47,769 nt of DNA, filler included, from Jimgerdemannia flammicorona (GCA_003990765.1; 2 parts of 2 records of this genome joined end to end with filler, not necessarily neighbours in it); one strand, 5' to 3'. Positions 1 to 13,900 are shown, numbered from the whole stretch's first letter. The notes: generated by a model from the sequence alone, not told the origin. Translations and numbers: made by a program.

Positions 1-265
1 ACTTATAATAAAACTGCACATACCCGACTTTGGGAATGGCACGCAAGCGACCCAAAAAGCACGTTCGACGGCCTTGCATTTGCATTGGACGAGGAAACAG
101 GTTTCAGAACGGTTGGATTTGGATTTGGGCGAATTGGGTTACTGCCACCAATCGAATTCTCGGAAAAACCGCATACAAACATACATTTGACAAAAGAGGG
201 GCGAATGGGAGGGAAGAGACAACCACATAATGTGTGTGTGTGAATCAATCAAATTGGGAATTGCC

Positions 266-293
266 AAAAAAAAAAAAAAAAAAAAAAAGAGAG

Positions 294-326
<33 letters not shown>
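266..326. repeat. Poly(A)-rich low-complexity tract
   Basis: Two long A runs separated by GAGAG, read directly. Confidence 0.9.
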
Positions 327-328
<2 letters not shown>

Positions 329-607
329 TTCGCCGATCATGCGGTTAATACGTAATTAAAGCAAACTCGTTGGAATGTAAAACTTATAAACCTTAAAAAA
401 GAAAATATCTCAATTCAAATTTCGGTTATTCTCACTTTCAGATACGTCAGCACAGAAACCATTCTTAGTATGGGTATCCAGACAAATCCGCTTATTACGG
501 TGATGGTTATGAAAAGTATATAACAAAGTATATAACAATTGGCTTGATACAATCCAAAAAAAATAAAATGAATGAACGATACAACTCACACTCCTGCCCC
601 TTGTGTC

Positions 608-3600
608 CTACCCGCCCAACTTCAGAGCCCCTTCGCCCAGTTCCGGGTCCAGTTCCTCGTCCTCATGTCTCCCCCTCTCCCCTGCAGCTGCCACGACAGC
701 CTCGATCGCTGCCTTATCCGCCGCGGCCCTTGCCGGATCAACGAGATCGATCTGCTTGATGGGCCCATGGTAGACGGCATGGCCCCACGTGAACCATGTA
801 GCGAGCGTGACAAGAACGACCGTGGCGACAGCGACGATGGCGTAGTTCATTGATTCGGCTGTTTCAGAGAAATGATGATTAACAGGATGATATGGATTCA
901 GAGACCATTGTTCGAAATAATCAGTAATCAAATCCAAGAAAAATTACGCACCCGTGATGGGATATTCCGGCGGCAGCAGGAACAAAATAGAGGCAAATAT
1001 GGTCCATAGCAGCGCAATGATGTTGATAGGGAGCGAGAACCGGCCGAGGGTCCAAGGACCGCGAGGCATATGGGAAGGGCTGAAAACACGAGCGCATAGG
1101 AGGATGGCTGCAAAGAAATTCATAGAAATAAGGTCATTGCCAGGTGAAATGATCAAAGAAACATAACTCATTCCGCAAGGGTGGCTGCTGACCGTATGTG
1201 ATATTCGAGGTGACAGTAGAGGCGGAGATGATTGCGTGGAAAATGTAGGGGCTCGCTACGTACTGGTGTCGAAGGTATCGTGAGATTGAAATATAAGAGA
1301 CAACAAAAATCTTGTGGAATACTTAAAACTTGCCCGATCTTTTTTCATCTGCACACACCCAACCAACTCACCGGCACTGTCACCATCAGGCCGACCACGA
1401 CGCTCATCCACACCCCAGTGTCGGGAATCTTGAACCCGTTAAGACGGGAGAAGCTCTTTTTGTAAGGGCACGCGCCGTCGCGTGCAAGAGCGTACATGAG
1501 GCGCGAGGAAACGGTGATTGATGTTGCGCCTGTGGTGTACTGCGCAAAAGCAAGGATGGCAAGTAGGAGGAGTGTCGTCTCACGGCCGACAGAGTCCTAA
1601 TAGATGTTGAATACAATATAGACAGGAACACGGGCAAAGATGGAACAGATATTAGGGACATCTACTTTCTCCCAGCTCGACAACTTACAACACCTCTCTT
1701 TCGCTCAATCTTTCTCCTCGTTCCATTCCAATTGGCAATCCCATCCATCTTGTCCTCGTTCCCTTCTCCGTCCTCAACATTTCATACAACTCAACCTACC
1801 ATGAACAATTGCGCAATTGGCATTCTGTAGTTTGTGTCAGAAATTCCCTGGATACTCTGCACAGAGAAAAGCAACCCGAACAAGTAAACTAGGCCGAGAA
1901 CCCATGACGTCACCATAGACATTGTGATGGCCACGGGGGAGGCTGTGTCGGCGCGCTTAGTCTCCTCGTTTATCTGCGCGGCGGACTCACATCCTAGAGA
2001 TTTTTCGAGAATGAAACACACGTTAAGTAATTATAAGAGGTCGTGGAAAAGCAGATTCCCAGTGGAGGCTCCCCTATTTCCAAATCACAAAAGACAAACA
2101 GTAGTCCCCAGAATTCATTCAACCATTCAGATAAAGCAATCACTTACCGACCAGCGTGTATGCCCCCTGCAGCAGCCCCAGCAAGACGACGTAAGTTTCG
2201 CTGTTCCATCCGCTGTGGTTCTCGTAATGCCAGAATACAAATTCGGGGCCGTTGAGTTTCGGCGTGGCGATTAGTAGCGTGGAGGTGACGACCAAAAGAC
2301 CCACGCTAGTCCACCAGACGTTCAGCTGGTTCAGGCCGGAGATGACGCGCGCGCCCAACACGTTGACGACGCCGTGCGAAAAGAGGACGAGCCAGCAGAT
2401 TGCAACGGTTGTAAGTGGGCCGGGGATGTAGGAGTTATTAGTCGCGATAGAAATCATGGAAGTGATAACGAGGCCTGTTGTGGGGATTAAGTGGAAATTG
2501 AGGGTGGGCGGATGGGTGGTGGTTTGGTAAGGTGTGTTGTATAGTCAGGGCGTGTTGTATAGTCAGGGTGTGTTGTATGGTTAGGATGTATTGCATGGTC
2601 CGGGTTTGGGCAAGAGATGTGAATAGAAAAGCCGACTTACTGACAGATAAATCGACGGCCCCGGCCCCGATGACGTTGCCGATGGCGTAGATCCACCCTG
2701 TGAAGAATGCTCTATATAAACGGGATAAATGAGCATAAATGGGGATAAATGAATGACCGTCGCAAAATGACTTTTCAATTCAAACCGAATAACACTCACA
2801 CAAATGGTCCCCTCCGATTTCCTGCAAGCTGAAACGCCCAAAAATAAACACCGCCGCTCGTGGGATAGGCAGAGCATATCTCGGACAGCGACAGTGCTAG
2901 GCAGATCATGAAGAAAGCCACAATGTTCCAACCCCAAAACATGGCGAGGGGGCCTATGCCGAAGCAGAAAATGTGTGGGAGGTGGCAAATTCAGGATTGA
3001 TACTGATTGCTAAACAAGGCAGAGCGAGTGGTACTAACCTCCCGATAGGAGACCTGGACGGCGAGAAATCAACACATTCAATCAGAAACAATGTTACCCG
3101 CAACAAAAGCACAGTTTGACACTCAGGATCGATTGAGCAAGATACTTACTCGACTGCAGTGTCGCCGACATTCCCGAGAAAATGCCAATGTTCGTGAAGG
3201 CCAGACCTACGTGAGATTGAATTTGGGTAAATGTGGAAAAGTTAAGACCACCGCCTCTCCATCTCCTTCCAATCCCCACCAGTACATATAATCCGCTATC
3301 CACTCATACGGCGAGCAAACACGACTGACCGAAATTCGCAAAGAATGTGAATTCACGCGACAGTTCCTATGACGGTGTAAGGAGAGATGGTGTCAGGATG
3401 GTAGCCGAAGCGATGGAACGGCATGCATTATCCAAAATACAGGATGCGTTACCAACCTGCCTATAACCTAGCTCCCGCAATCGAAGTTCCGCCGGATCCA
3501 TGGTCTTGTTGAGAAATAGCTCCTGCGGGTCGCGTAAGTAATGTGAACGTCGTGCGTCTTCATCGTTATCGCGAACACACAAACATTACACAGGAGCGAG

Positions 3601-3714
3601 TGTAAAAAGCGCACAGACACCTCAGCCTACCCTGGCGTTGATGACCACCTTGACCGCTTTGGCTTCCCTAGACGGAACTACAGGCTGGTCGGGTATCAGA
3701 GGAAATTCCTCCAT
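608..3714 (-). CDS. Multi-exon amino acid permease, APC family (GABA/choline permease-like); exon boundaries approximate
   Basis: Minus-strand segments carry family motifs: AELRLRELGYRQ, LLGLLQGAYTLVG, ESAAQINEET..A....P.AI, RGPWTLGRFS, P.YPIT and MNYAIV. They are separated by GT-AG introns. Probable ATG at 3714 and stop at 608-610. Confidence 0.85.
2531..2578. repeat. Intronic 18-bp tandem repeat, about 2.7 copies (GGYGTGTTGTATAGTCAG)
   Basis: Read directly inside a permease intron. Confidence 0.85.
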
Positions 3715-4005
3715 GGTATATGCCTTTTGAAGCGAACGGGCGAGTATTACGATGTGTATGTATTGACGCAGGCAAGGCTGCAGTGGTAATATTCCGTTGA
3801 AAAGAAAGAAAAGAAAGAGTTATAATTATCGGATAAGGGGGCCAAGCAGGGCCGGTGGCTTGGGGCTGGGGCTTGGGCTCGACTATTTTAATGCGCTTAA
3901 ACTTAGTTTGTAATTATATAAATTAAATACAGGCGTGGTATATAAATACACCTGCCCCAAGCAGCCCATCTATCTATTCGGGTTTCGACCTCGAAAACCC
4001 CCGCA

Positions 4006-5961
4006 ATGTCCATCACAAATCTCCCGGCCTTTATTCTCGAAAACATCATCGTCTATTCAGACCGTGTCGCCTGGAGCTTGGTCTCCAAACAATTCGCTGC
4101 CCTTGCGAACTCTCCCATGGTCAAATCGGAATGGTTGGCAGGCCAGGCCATTTTGCCCCGCGAAACTCGAGACACCGGGTTCCAGTGCATGTGTGGAGTG
4201 ACGATAAATGAGCCTCAGCTCGCTCCTTTATATGGGAATCTCGAATGGAGACATCTTTTTCTAGAAAATTGCGACAAAGGACACTTGAAGAACTTCAGAT
4301 ACCACCCGCAGATACCCGTAGCCCAAAAACTTGTCCGCATCCCCTCCAGCGAGCATTTCCTGGATTACGCCGTCGTCCACATGATTTATACCCGACATCG
4401 CGCCGTCTTCAAACAGCTCCGAGAGTTCCTCCTGTGCTGGTCGGCGTTCTTACTGGACGAGAGGATGACGTGCTTTTGCATCGAGCACGGCGCGCCCGTC
4501 AACTACGCTCGTGGTTGGGTGCTGGCGCGGTTCGCATGCGCCCGTCAGATGTATTGTAGAGAGATGGTGCGCAAGCTTGTGTTCAAGTACGGTGCTAGGT
4601 TAGATTTCCATTACCACAACGATGGTTCGATTAATGTGCTTGGTGCTATTTTGTTCTATCGCGACGACGAAGAATTGGCACTAGAGATCCTCGAAAACAC
4701 GTGGTCCATCGACTTGCTCGAGAACCATGGGAACCCCCTCATTATTCAGGCTGTCGACCAAAAAAACCTGAAGGTGTTGCGCTTCCTACTGGAGTATCAG
4801 CGCGACAAGAGTACCGACGTCATGCAACTCGTAGTCGCAGAATTAATAGCGCACATCAGGACCTGGGGTGGTTCGGGTGCAGTGATGCAAATGCTAACGA
4901 TCGAGTACAACGCTCCTCTTGAAGTAAGTCCTGACTCCTTTTGGTGCGCCATTAGGGCGCATGATGGAGTATCAGAGGATTTCAGCCTTATTCAATGGTA
5001 TCTGGACCGGGGGGCTGCCCTCAATGAACATCAACTCGCGTACGCCATCGGCCAAAAGTCGCTCTTCCGCTTTCTATGCAAGCATGCCCGCGCCCACTCC
5101 CTATCCTCCGGTATCGACTTTCTTTGGAGCTTTGTCGTCCAGGTGGCCGTCGCGAAGAAGAACCTCGAGGCGGTGCTTGTCCTGCTGGATGATGGGTACT
5201 GGGACGTGCATCAGGACGACGACCTCGCGCTCCGAAGCTTCGGCCGTGACGAGTCAGCACTACAGGTTCCTGATTACAATCGGCCGGCGCCGACGCGGCA
5301 TTGCACGGGATGGAAAACCCGCGAATCACACTTTTACCAGACCACCATACGGCTGATCCCAGGTTATAAGGACCGATCGGTCCTCCTGCTGCTCCTGGAG
5401 CGCGGCGCAAACGTGCACGCAAACCGCGAGGAGAGCCTTCGGAACGCGCTGCGACAGGGCGATGTGCTGACCATGTTGATGTTGCTGGAGTACGGCGCGG
5501 ACATCGAGGTTCTGCGCGAGCCGTCCGAGTTCGTCGACGGGTCGTCCTTGGTCATCCCGTTGCCACATGGGGCCGACATTCACGTCAGCAAGCCGTGGAA
5601 ATCGTTTGTGGATATATATCGTCAGTTGCACGCCATCTCTTTCATCATCGAAGTGGGCCATAGGCTTGGGTTTTGTAACGAAGGACGGGAGGTGCGCGTC
5701 ATTGGAGAGGACGGCGTCTTGGCGCGCTCGCAGGTTTTGATTACCGCGTTGTGGGCACACGACGCCGAGCTGAATCTCCTTGACGACAAGGATCCGCTAG
5801 ATTATTTGACAAACAGCGGATATCATAGCTTTACTCTTGAATCGTATCGGGCTCGCGGCCGGGTCTTGAGGCGGCAGCACAATAACAAGATTGAAGCTTA
5901 TCGAGAGATGGGAAAGAAGACCTGGATGAGGGCGTTTAAAAATATTCCAAAACAATTGTAG
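4006..5961 (+). CDS. Intronless 651-aa protein with N-terminal F-box-like motif and degenerate ankyrin repeats
   Basis: N-terminus ITNLPAFILENIIVY...WSLVSKQF is F-box-like. Ankyrin-like units include NPLIIQAVDQKNLKVLRFLL, LLLLERGANVHA...LRNALRQGD..MLLEYGADI and IEHGAPVN. Confidence 0.75.
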   Translation: MSITNLPAFILENIIVYSDRVAWSLVSKQFAALANSPMVKSEWLAGQAILPRETRDTGFQCMCGVTINEPQLAPLYGNLEWRHLFLENCDKGHLKNFRYHPQIPVAQKLVRIPSSEHFLDYAVVHMIYTRHRAVFKQLREFLLCWSAFLLDERMTCFCIEHGAPVNYARGWVLARFACARQMYCREMVRKLVFKYGARLDFHYHNDGSINVLGAILFYRDDEELALEILENTWSIDLLENHGNPLIIQAVDQKNLKVLRFLLEYQRDKSTDVMQLVVAELIAHIRTWGGSGAVMQMLTIEYNAPLEVSPDSFWCAIRAHDGVSEDFSLIQWYLDRGAALNEHQLAYAIGQKSLFRFLCKHARAHSLSSGIDFLWSFVVQVAVAKKNLEAVLVLLDDGYWDVHQDDDLALRSFGRDESALQVPDYNRPAPTRHCTGWKTRESHFYQTTIRLIPGYKDRSVLLLLLERGANVHANREESLRNALRQGDVLTMLMLLEYGADIEVLREPSEFVDGSSLVIPLPHGADIHVSKPWKSFVDIYRQLHAISFIIEVGHRLGFCNEGREVRVIGEDGVLARSQVLITALWAHDAELNLLDDKDPLDYLTNSGYHSFTLESYRARGRVLRRQHNNKIEAYREMGKKTWMRAFKNIPKQL

Positions 5962-6297
5962 AGAAGGCTTCCTTGTCCTGTGTCGTTCTTTGATATACTC
6001 AAAGTCACGTCTTCACCCATCATCGCATTGTGTTGTTCCAGTTAAGGTCATATGGACGGATGGACGACTTCATGTAAATTAATACCAAGAGCACTGAAGA
6101 ATCACAAATTGTGAATGTGCTTATTGTTAGCAACCGTAAATCACAAAAGAGGGCTACACAAAACATGCGCTGGGGTTTTATTGAGATAAATAAAATAAAA
6201 AAGTGTCCAAGCAACGTCCGCTTACTCCGCAACCTCCACGACCCGCTGGAAAAAAGCCACCCTTCCTTTTTGATCTTGGCCGTCTCGCACCGCACTT

Positions 6298-7610
6298 TCA
6301 CTTCTTCTTGGAGGCCGCCTCTTCAATGCGTTTTTCCTTGCGGGTACTATGGTTGGTCATTGGCAGATTGAGAATGATTGTGAGATTAGTTACGTCGCTC
6401 ATCCCCAAAATTTAACTTTGGAAATGCAGAGAGAGAAAGTCATAAACACAAGACTATTATACAACAACAACAAAAAAAAAAACTTCCCACCTATCAGCAT
6501 TCACGTTCAATAGCAACGTGTCGGCATCCAGCATGACCTTGTTATTTGAATGGTTCAGGATCCCTGCAATATCCCGCGCCGTCTCTATCCTCCTTAGGTC
6601 CAAGAATCCCGGTTTATTCTTAATGGCTTCGCCAATCAGCTCAGCGCTCTTGGCCTCACCCTCGGCCCTCACGATGATGCTCTGTTTCTCCTGTTTGGCC
6701 TTCTCGACGACGAAGGCGGCGCGCTGGGCCTCCTGTTGAGCAATCTGCTTGGCCTCGACGGCGCCCTCGAAGCCGGGCGAGAATCCTACATGGGTGATGG
6801 AGACGTCGTCGAGGACGATATTGAAACGTAGGGCGCGCCGAGTCAGGTTCTCACGGACAAGACGAGACACCCGCTCGCGCTGCGTTATCAGCTGCGAGGC
6901 GTTGAACTGAGCCACCACCGACTTGAGAATCTCGTTCACAATCGACGGTAGCACCCGTTCATCGTAGTCCTGGCCGAGCGTGCGGTAGATGGTCGCCAGG
7001 GCGTCGACGCGGGGTTTGGAGAGGACACGGCAGGTGATGTTGACCATTTGGAGATCTTGATGGGAATTGGTTTGTCATGTTAGCCAATGCGAATAAGTAA
7101 AACTCCTCCAAACACAGCAACAAAAAAAAAAAAAAAACTCACGCACCCTTCGTTCCCGTCAACGAAGCAATGTTCCGCGGCTTAGCGCGCACGTCGTACA
7201 CAACGGGGGTCTCGAACCAAGGGATCATGAAGTGCGTGCCTTCGTTGTAGATTGTGGGCTGAACACCAAAGAGGCGCGTGTACTTGATAGCGCGGTGACC
7301 ACCATCGACTGGGGAGAATAAAAAAGACAATAAAATGGGTTAAGGAGATAGATATCATACAGCTCTTTGCTGTATGTGACCAAACTCCTCGTTGGATGCA
7401 AGCACCTTCTTTCTCCCTGACCCACTCACCATTGAACAGACTGGCATTGATTCCGTAGCCCAACGCGCCCAAGAGGATCAGCGCACCCGTGGGGCCACCC
7501 AGGCCACGGGGGCTAGCGCCCGGGAACATGCCGCGGATGTTACTGTTCCGTATGGTTTGTTTCCACTGTTGTGCCATTTGGGCGGGACGAGGAGGAGCCT
7601 CGGGTCCCAT
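6298..7610 (-). CDS. PHB2: Prohibitin-2 (SPFH/band 7), four exons: 7610-7430, 7308-7147, 7055-6491, 6346-6298
   Basis: Conserved [61 protein letters not shown] and [19 protein letters not shown] introns keep the frame. Confidence 0.95.
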
Positions 7611-7735
7611 TTTTTTTTGGGAGTGACTGCTGCTTCCGTCACCTGACTTCAATAATTACGTATTAAGGATGCAGTTCAAAATTCCCAGGTCGTGGGCAGT
7701 CACGGAAACGGGGTATTGATTTTTTAACTCAATAT

Positions 7736-10732
7736 TTCTTTTTTTTTTTTCTTTTTCCCATGGATATTAGGCTCTTTTATTAACTAATCTATAACAAACA
7801 CATGGTCCTTATATCACACTGATAGCTCCAACCTGACCCCACCCTACTTTATCTCAATATATCTTCTCTCTCATTTCTTCTTTTTTAAAAACTATCAGAT
7901 TATTAATCACTTCAACCCACTCACTACTCCTCTCACATATCTCTACTATCTATCTCTTATTCTCAAATATATATAGCCAGTATCCAGCTAACTCTACCCA
8001 CACTGCTAATATTTACTTAACAGTGAGTTACTCATTATCTATATATTTCATCAACTACTTTTTCAAATTATCTCATCTTTTTCTCTCTTTACTATCCTAC
8101 TATCTTACCCCTAGATGACTCTCAACTATTGTCCAGAAATCATCAAGTACCTTACATTTACTTAGCCAATATTCAGATATCTGTATAAATTTCTCTCTTC
8201 TACTTAATATTATAACTCTTTCTATCAAATATTTTGACTAAAAGTTCAATATAATATTTCTCCTCAAGATATACCACCACACTATCTAGAATTTAGGAGA
8301 AAGACCTTAGTACTCCAAGATCAGACTCTAGCTTAGTTTTACATCTTTCTAATATCTACTAATTATTAGTCTAATGATTATAGATTCTGTCTCACTCTCT
8401 ATTAATATTCTATACTAATACTAATATCAAAGTCTATTAGTAGTAAACTATTTAACAAAAGTCTATCTTATCTCTATATTGCAAGTCCTTATTATATCTC
8501 TTCCTTATTATTATATCAATATAAACTAATGTAATGAGTACTCTTCACTACTCTCTTTTTTTTTTTTATATAGCCCTCTACTACTCTCTATCAAAATCTC
8601 CTATACTATAAGTACCTACTATACTTTAGGTCAATTATTAATAATAAATCTCCTAAAAAGCTTTTAGGGGAGAATGACCTTCTATATCAGTAATACTTAT
8701 TCTCTATTCTGTAACTTAATAATCTTTAATCACCAAGCTCTAAGATAATACAACTTCTTTAGAAAGTCTACCAAACTTAGATCTTTTCTGTTCACTGAAG
8801 TTGATATTATCTCTCAACTTATTTGACTTTATCTTTTAGTCCAAATTTGGTCCTTAGCTATCTTTAACAATCTCTTTACTACTTAAGCTAGAAAGTCTAA
8901 ATAATATACTACAACTTTAGTAATTAGTAGATATTAAGAATCAATATCTACTTAGTAAGAGAAATATAATATTTCTCCCAACTCTAAAAGATCTCCCTCT
9001 ATTTTACCACCTTTCTCTTCTACTAAGCTCTAGGTAAGACTAATCTATATATTAATAGAAAAATATTCAGATACTATACTATCTCTCTTATAGAGATAAT
9101 AGTGATCACAATATCTCTATTTATTAAACTATTCTCTAACATCATCATCTTATACTTATATCAGTTGAGCTTACTCTAAAGCACTCCTTATACTAATCTA
9201 TAGCAGCTCTCAGCTCATTAATATCCTTAACAGAACTAAGTCTAACTATTATATATTTTATCTATAAAGACTCTAATCTTTCAGATAACTCCTAATACTA
9301 TAAGTTTCAATATCTTGTAGTGAATTCTATCTATCAATAGTTCTAATGATAAAGTGTACAAAATAGAAGATAATAGGTTCTTCTGAGAAATTCTCTCCTC
9401 AATAAGACAAGATATTATAATAATTATTGTACAAAATTACTACTTGGCTACTCTTTAATAAACTAATTATTAATAACTAAAATCAGTAAGAGATACTAAT
9501 TCTTACTAATATCTTCTCCAGCTAGATATACTATATCTGATCATAGGTCTTCTTCTGATTCAGAAAGACCAACTGTCCATTTAGTTTACTAGTTTTTACT
9601 CTTTCAATTATATTATAAACTCAGGCTGTCCTATTTCTAATTAGCCTACTACTAATAAAGCTCCTCTACTCAACTTCTAATATATACATATCTATTGAGC
9701 CACCTTCTACAACCTTATAACAATCACTTTTATAACCAACTTTCTGTTTATATCTAAGAGTATAATTAGTCTCCAATTCTTCCAATTCTCTCTCCTATTC
9801 TTATCTTTATATAGCAGTACTATCAGACCAAGATTCTGACCTTTAACTCACTTCTCAGATATAAGGACAAAGTTATATAATACTGTCATCTTCTCTAACA
9901 CTTTTAGGATATTTACTATCTTCTTTTAAAAGTCCCAAGATAGGTCATCTTTATCAAGAGTAATGCCCTACTTTATAGCTAATAAGATACTCAAAATTTT
10001 GCCCTTCTAGATCAGCAAAACTAAGTTCTCAAGACTATTAACCTATAGAGAGTACTAATTCTCCAAAGAGTGCTCAATATCCTGCTCATTAGTATTTTCT
10101 TTTTTCTCATCTCACAGATCTCTCTATCTACTTTTCAAAGAATCTAAGATCTTCTATATCTTATTCACAAGAGTATTCTTCTTATTGATCACTCTATTTT
10201 ACTACTACTACCTCACTCTTCTTACCTAAAGAAGTCTAGTTAGATACTTAATATGTAGATCTCTCACCTTTCTCAAGCTTTTGCCACTATAGCTAAGCTA
10301 CTATACTCTATATATGTATGAGCCTTCTTTTTCTCTCTCAATACTCTCTTTAACTTCTCTATCTCTAGCTGGACCCATTCTAACCTCCAATCTTCTATAT
10401 CTTCTTGCTCTAATATCTCAGCTTACTCCAACTATAACCTCTCTATTCTGCAAAAGGCCCACATCACTCTTTATCTCTGCTGAGCTTCTTGAAACCTACT
10501 AGCCTTACCCCAATATACTCTAGTAACCTTCTTCAACTTTATCCAATAGATCTCTACTGAGGATCTCTTATATATCTAGCAAATAATCTTTATTCTAATA
10601 TTCTCTATCTAAGTATCACATAATCTCTTTTTTTCTAATAAGAAGAAATTAAGATACCAATGTTCAGACTCATCTCTACTCTCTCTAAACTAGTTATATT
10701 TTAATAGCTCTCAGTGATCAGACTATGGATAC
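7736..10732 (-). mobile_element. Heavily mutated L1-like LINE, 3' part (RT, 3' end, poly(A))
   Basis: The reverse complement near 9530-9580 reads DGQLVFLNQKKTYDQ, homologous to DGCLVFLDQEKAYDH of the LINE at 33720. AATAAA (TTTATT on +, ~7776) lies just before a T-tract at ~7736-7756. The endonuclease SDH motif is at ~10715. Confidence 0.75.
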
Positions 10733-10885
10733 TATTGAAATATGTAGGTTACAACTCAATATATGGTGGCACAGCCTTTCTTAACTACATCATCATGTAA
10801 ACGTCACTAATTGTGACATGTAAAAGCATGTAAGAATTAGCAATAAACAAAAAGCTTCTCCCTCCATTCCAAGTATTCCACAACA
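10733..10885 (+). repeat. Copia 5' LTR (TATTG...CAACA)
   Basis: Direct repeat of 15659-15811. Confidence 0.95.
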
Positions 10886-10888
10886 AAA

Positions 10889-10900
10889 GGTTATGAGCCC
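10889..10900 (+). promoter_or_regulatory. Primer-binding site GGTTATGAGCCC (copia-type, internal initiator tRNA-Met region)
   Basis: Lies 3 nt after the 5' LTR and matches the copia half-tRNA PBS pattern GGTTATGRGCCC. Confidence 0.8.
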
Positions 10901-10951
10901 CGCTTAGCGGCTATACACCCCTCTTATACATACACTACACTATGCTATACA

Positions 10952-13900
10952 ATGGCTACTAGTCCAAGCAGTGCTAGTAGTGCGCCACCAAGTTCTGGTA
11001 ACATGAACACAAATACAGCTGGAACAGATTTTGCTTCCATGATGACGAACATTCCAGCAGTGGCACCAATGTCAATGGTGAAGAGGATGATTCCTGTCTT
11101 TGATGGTAAGAACTACGCCATATGGGCATACCATATGAAGAATCTCCTAGAAGAATGTGGTTTGGAGGACTACTGGAAGCCACAGGTGCAAGTAATAATA
11201 TACAACACCGCGAAAGATCACAAAGCGCTAAGGGAGATTACGTTCACCCTTTCGAATGCACAAATGAAGCTAGTAATCAACACTACGACAGTGAATGAAG
11301 CCTGGGAGATTTTATGCAATCACCATCAACAGGCATCCACATCAAACAGATTCCACTTAAAGGCGCAACTATTCAATCTTTGAATTAAGTCTAAGGAGAG
11401 CATCTGGGACTATGCTAATCGAGTCGATGAGCTGGCGAATCAAGTGAATTCTCTTACATCTATGCTGGCGGACACCATCAAGGATGAAGACAAGGTCCTG
11501 GCTCTTATATGAGGCCTTCTCGAAGTATACAATGTGGTTGTCACTACTATAAGGGAATCCGGCAGATTATCAGATTATAAGCACATTATCACAAGTCTTT
11601 TAAATGAGGAAACAAGGCTAGGCAGCAACAATGCCAATGAGGAATATGATGAGAAAGCATTCTATGGCGGAGTATGTGGATGAGACACAGGCAAGCCGAA
11701 CAAAGGTCAAGGCCAGCAATGCAAGAAATTTGACGGTAAATGCTTTTACTATAATAAGCATGGACATCGTGAGCAGGACTACAACTGCAAGAAGAAGGAA
11801 AAGGGTGGCCAACAGCAAGGACAATGGCAGGCAAACACAGTAGATACCAACAACGAAAACAGTGGTGGTGGAGGTCTATTCTTTGCAGAAGTGGTGACCT
11901 ATCTATATACAGAAACTATTGAAATAGGAGGAAATTCAGAACCAACTGCCAGTTCCACCAACACCAGTTACAGATGCAATTCCACCAGTTCGACATCTAC
12001 AAATCCTGGTCAACAAAATACTTTTCAGACAGCGAAAAATAGTGACGTCAATGTCGGTGCCAGCACAAATGTAAGCTATATGCCGAACAGCACTTATGTA
12101 TGCAGTGAAGAGGTCTGGCTCATGGATTCGGGTGCAACACAGCATATGACGGCTCACTGGGAGTGGTTCTCTACATACAAGAAGTTTGAGTATCCCATAC
12201 CTATCAAGCTAGGTGACAATAACGTCATTTACGCTCAAGGGAAAGGCAACATAGGCATACATCTACATAGAAACATTGATGAACCTTCAGGCATCTTCAT
12301 AGATGTACTATATGCTCCAGATATAGACAAGAACCTCTTCTCGATAGGCCGGATGATGGCTTGCGGGGACAGAGGAGTAGATATACACCCAAATGGTGTA
12401 ACGGTAATCAATCTGAAGAATAATAAGGAGTTAATATACATATCGAAAAAGGGGAATCTATATGCAATCAATGGCATGCCGAGTGGCGCATCATTCACAT
12501 ATTCTGCAACTATGACTGGAGAAGATCTCTGGCATATATGGCATGAATGCTTAGGACATATCAGCAAGACGAGCCTGGAACGGATGATAAGGAGCAAGTC
12601 CATGTATGGTTTACTGGACTATATGCCACCAGATTTCTTTTGCGATGGATGCGCAGCAAACAAGGCTTCCCGGCAACCTTTTCAGGAATGAATGAAGCGA
12701 GTGGCCGGCATTCTCGATTTGATTCATATGGATATTTGTGGCCCCATGCAAATGGCATCACACTCTGGAAAAAAGTATTTTATTACATTCATTGATGATT
12801 ATACATACAAAGTTCACATATATTTCATTACAGGGAAAAACGAGGCATTCGACAAATTCCAGAAATTCAAGGCAGCCATGGAGAACAAGACAGGATGTAG
12901 AATACAAACCCTATGCTCAGATAACGGTAAAGAATACGTCAACAAAGGTTTCAGACACTTCTTGAAGAAGAATGGTATACAGTACTCTACGACAGCCCCT
13001 TATACACCTCAGCAAAATAGCATGGTGGAACGATTCAATCGAATGGTAGTGGAAATGGCTAGAATGATGATGAATACAGCCAGCTTACCGAAGTCCTTTT
13101 GGGTGGAAGCAGTGAATATGGTGGCATATATTCGAAATCATTGTTTCTCTTGAGCTCTAAGCAAGGATCTAGCAAGCAATCTAGGAATGACAGCAATCTT
13201 ACCCCTGAGGAATTATGGAATGGATCCAAGCCTGACATTTCACACTTATGCATATTCAGAAGTGAGACATACATTCTGGACAAAGGTGGCAACCGAGGCA
13301 AGTTCAAACCTAAGGCAGATAAGCATATATTCCTTGGATATGATGGAGTGGGATACAGACTTTGGAACCTGCCGAAACGATGTATGATCATTTCACGCAA
13401 TATACAGTTCAAGGAGATTAAGCAAGAAATTTACGTGAAAATTCCTATCTTGAATCCAATGGTGAATCCAACGATAAATTCGACTATATAGCCAGAAACA
13501 TCTATGCCAACTGCAAAGGCTAGCAGAACAACATCTACACCCAGAACAATACCGAAGACTATGCCAAAGACATCATTGGGACCTATGCCAGCGAATGCGC
13601 TACCCATTCAAATGGCAATGAAGTTGCAAGAACCAAGGATAACAGAAATTATAGATGAGGACGATAAAGAGGATACCTCTCTGAAGGGTAAGAAGAAGTG
13701 CAAATCTGGGATGGATAATGAAGTCCAAGCGGATCTGGGAAATTACTGGAACCCACCCAAGTCATCTTGTCACAAATAATATCACATAAACTACACCTGC
13801 GAATGTACTTACATAGCAATGACTGGTGAGCCAGCACACTACGACGAAGTCATTCATTCGAATGATAAAAAGGAGTAGAAAAAGGCTATGGACGAGAAGT

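Noticed and set aside
3..248. Short ORFs at the window start
   Set aside because: No homology cues; likely intergenic or promoter sequence.
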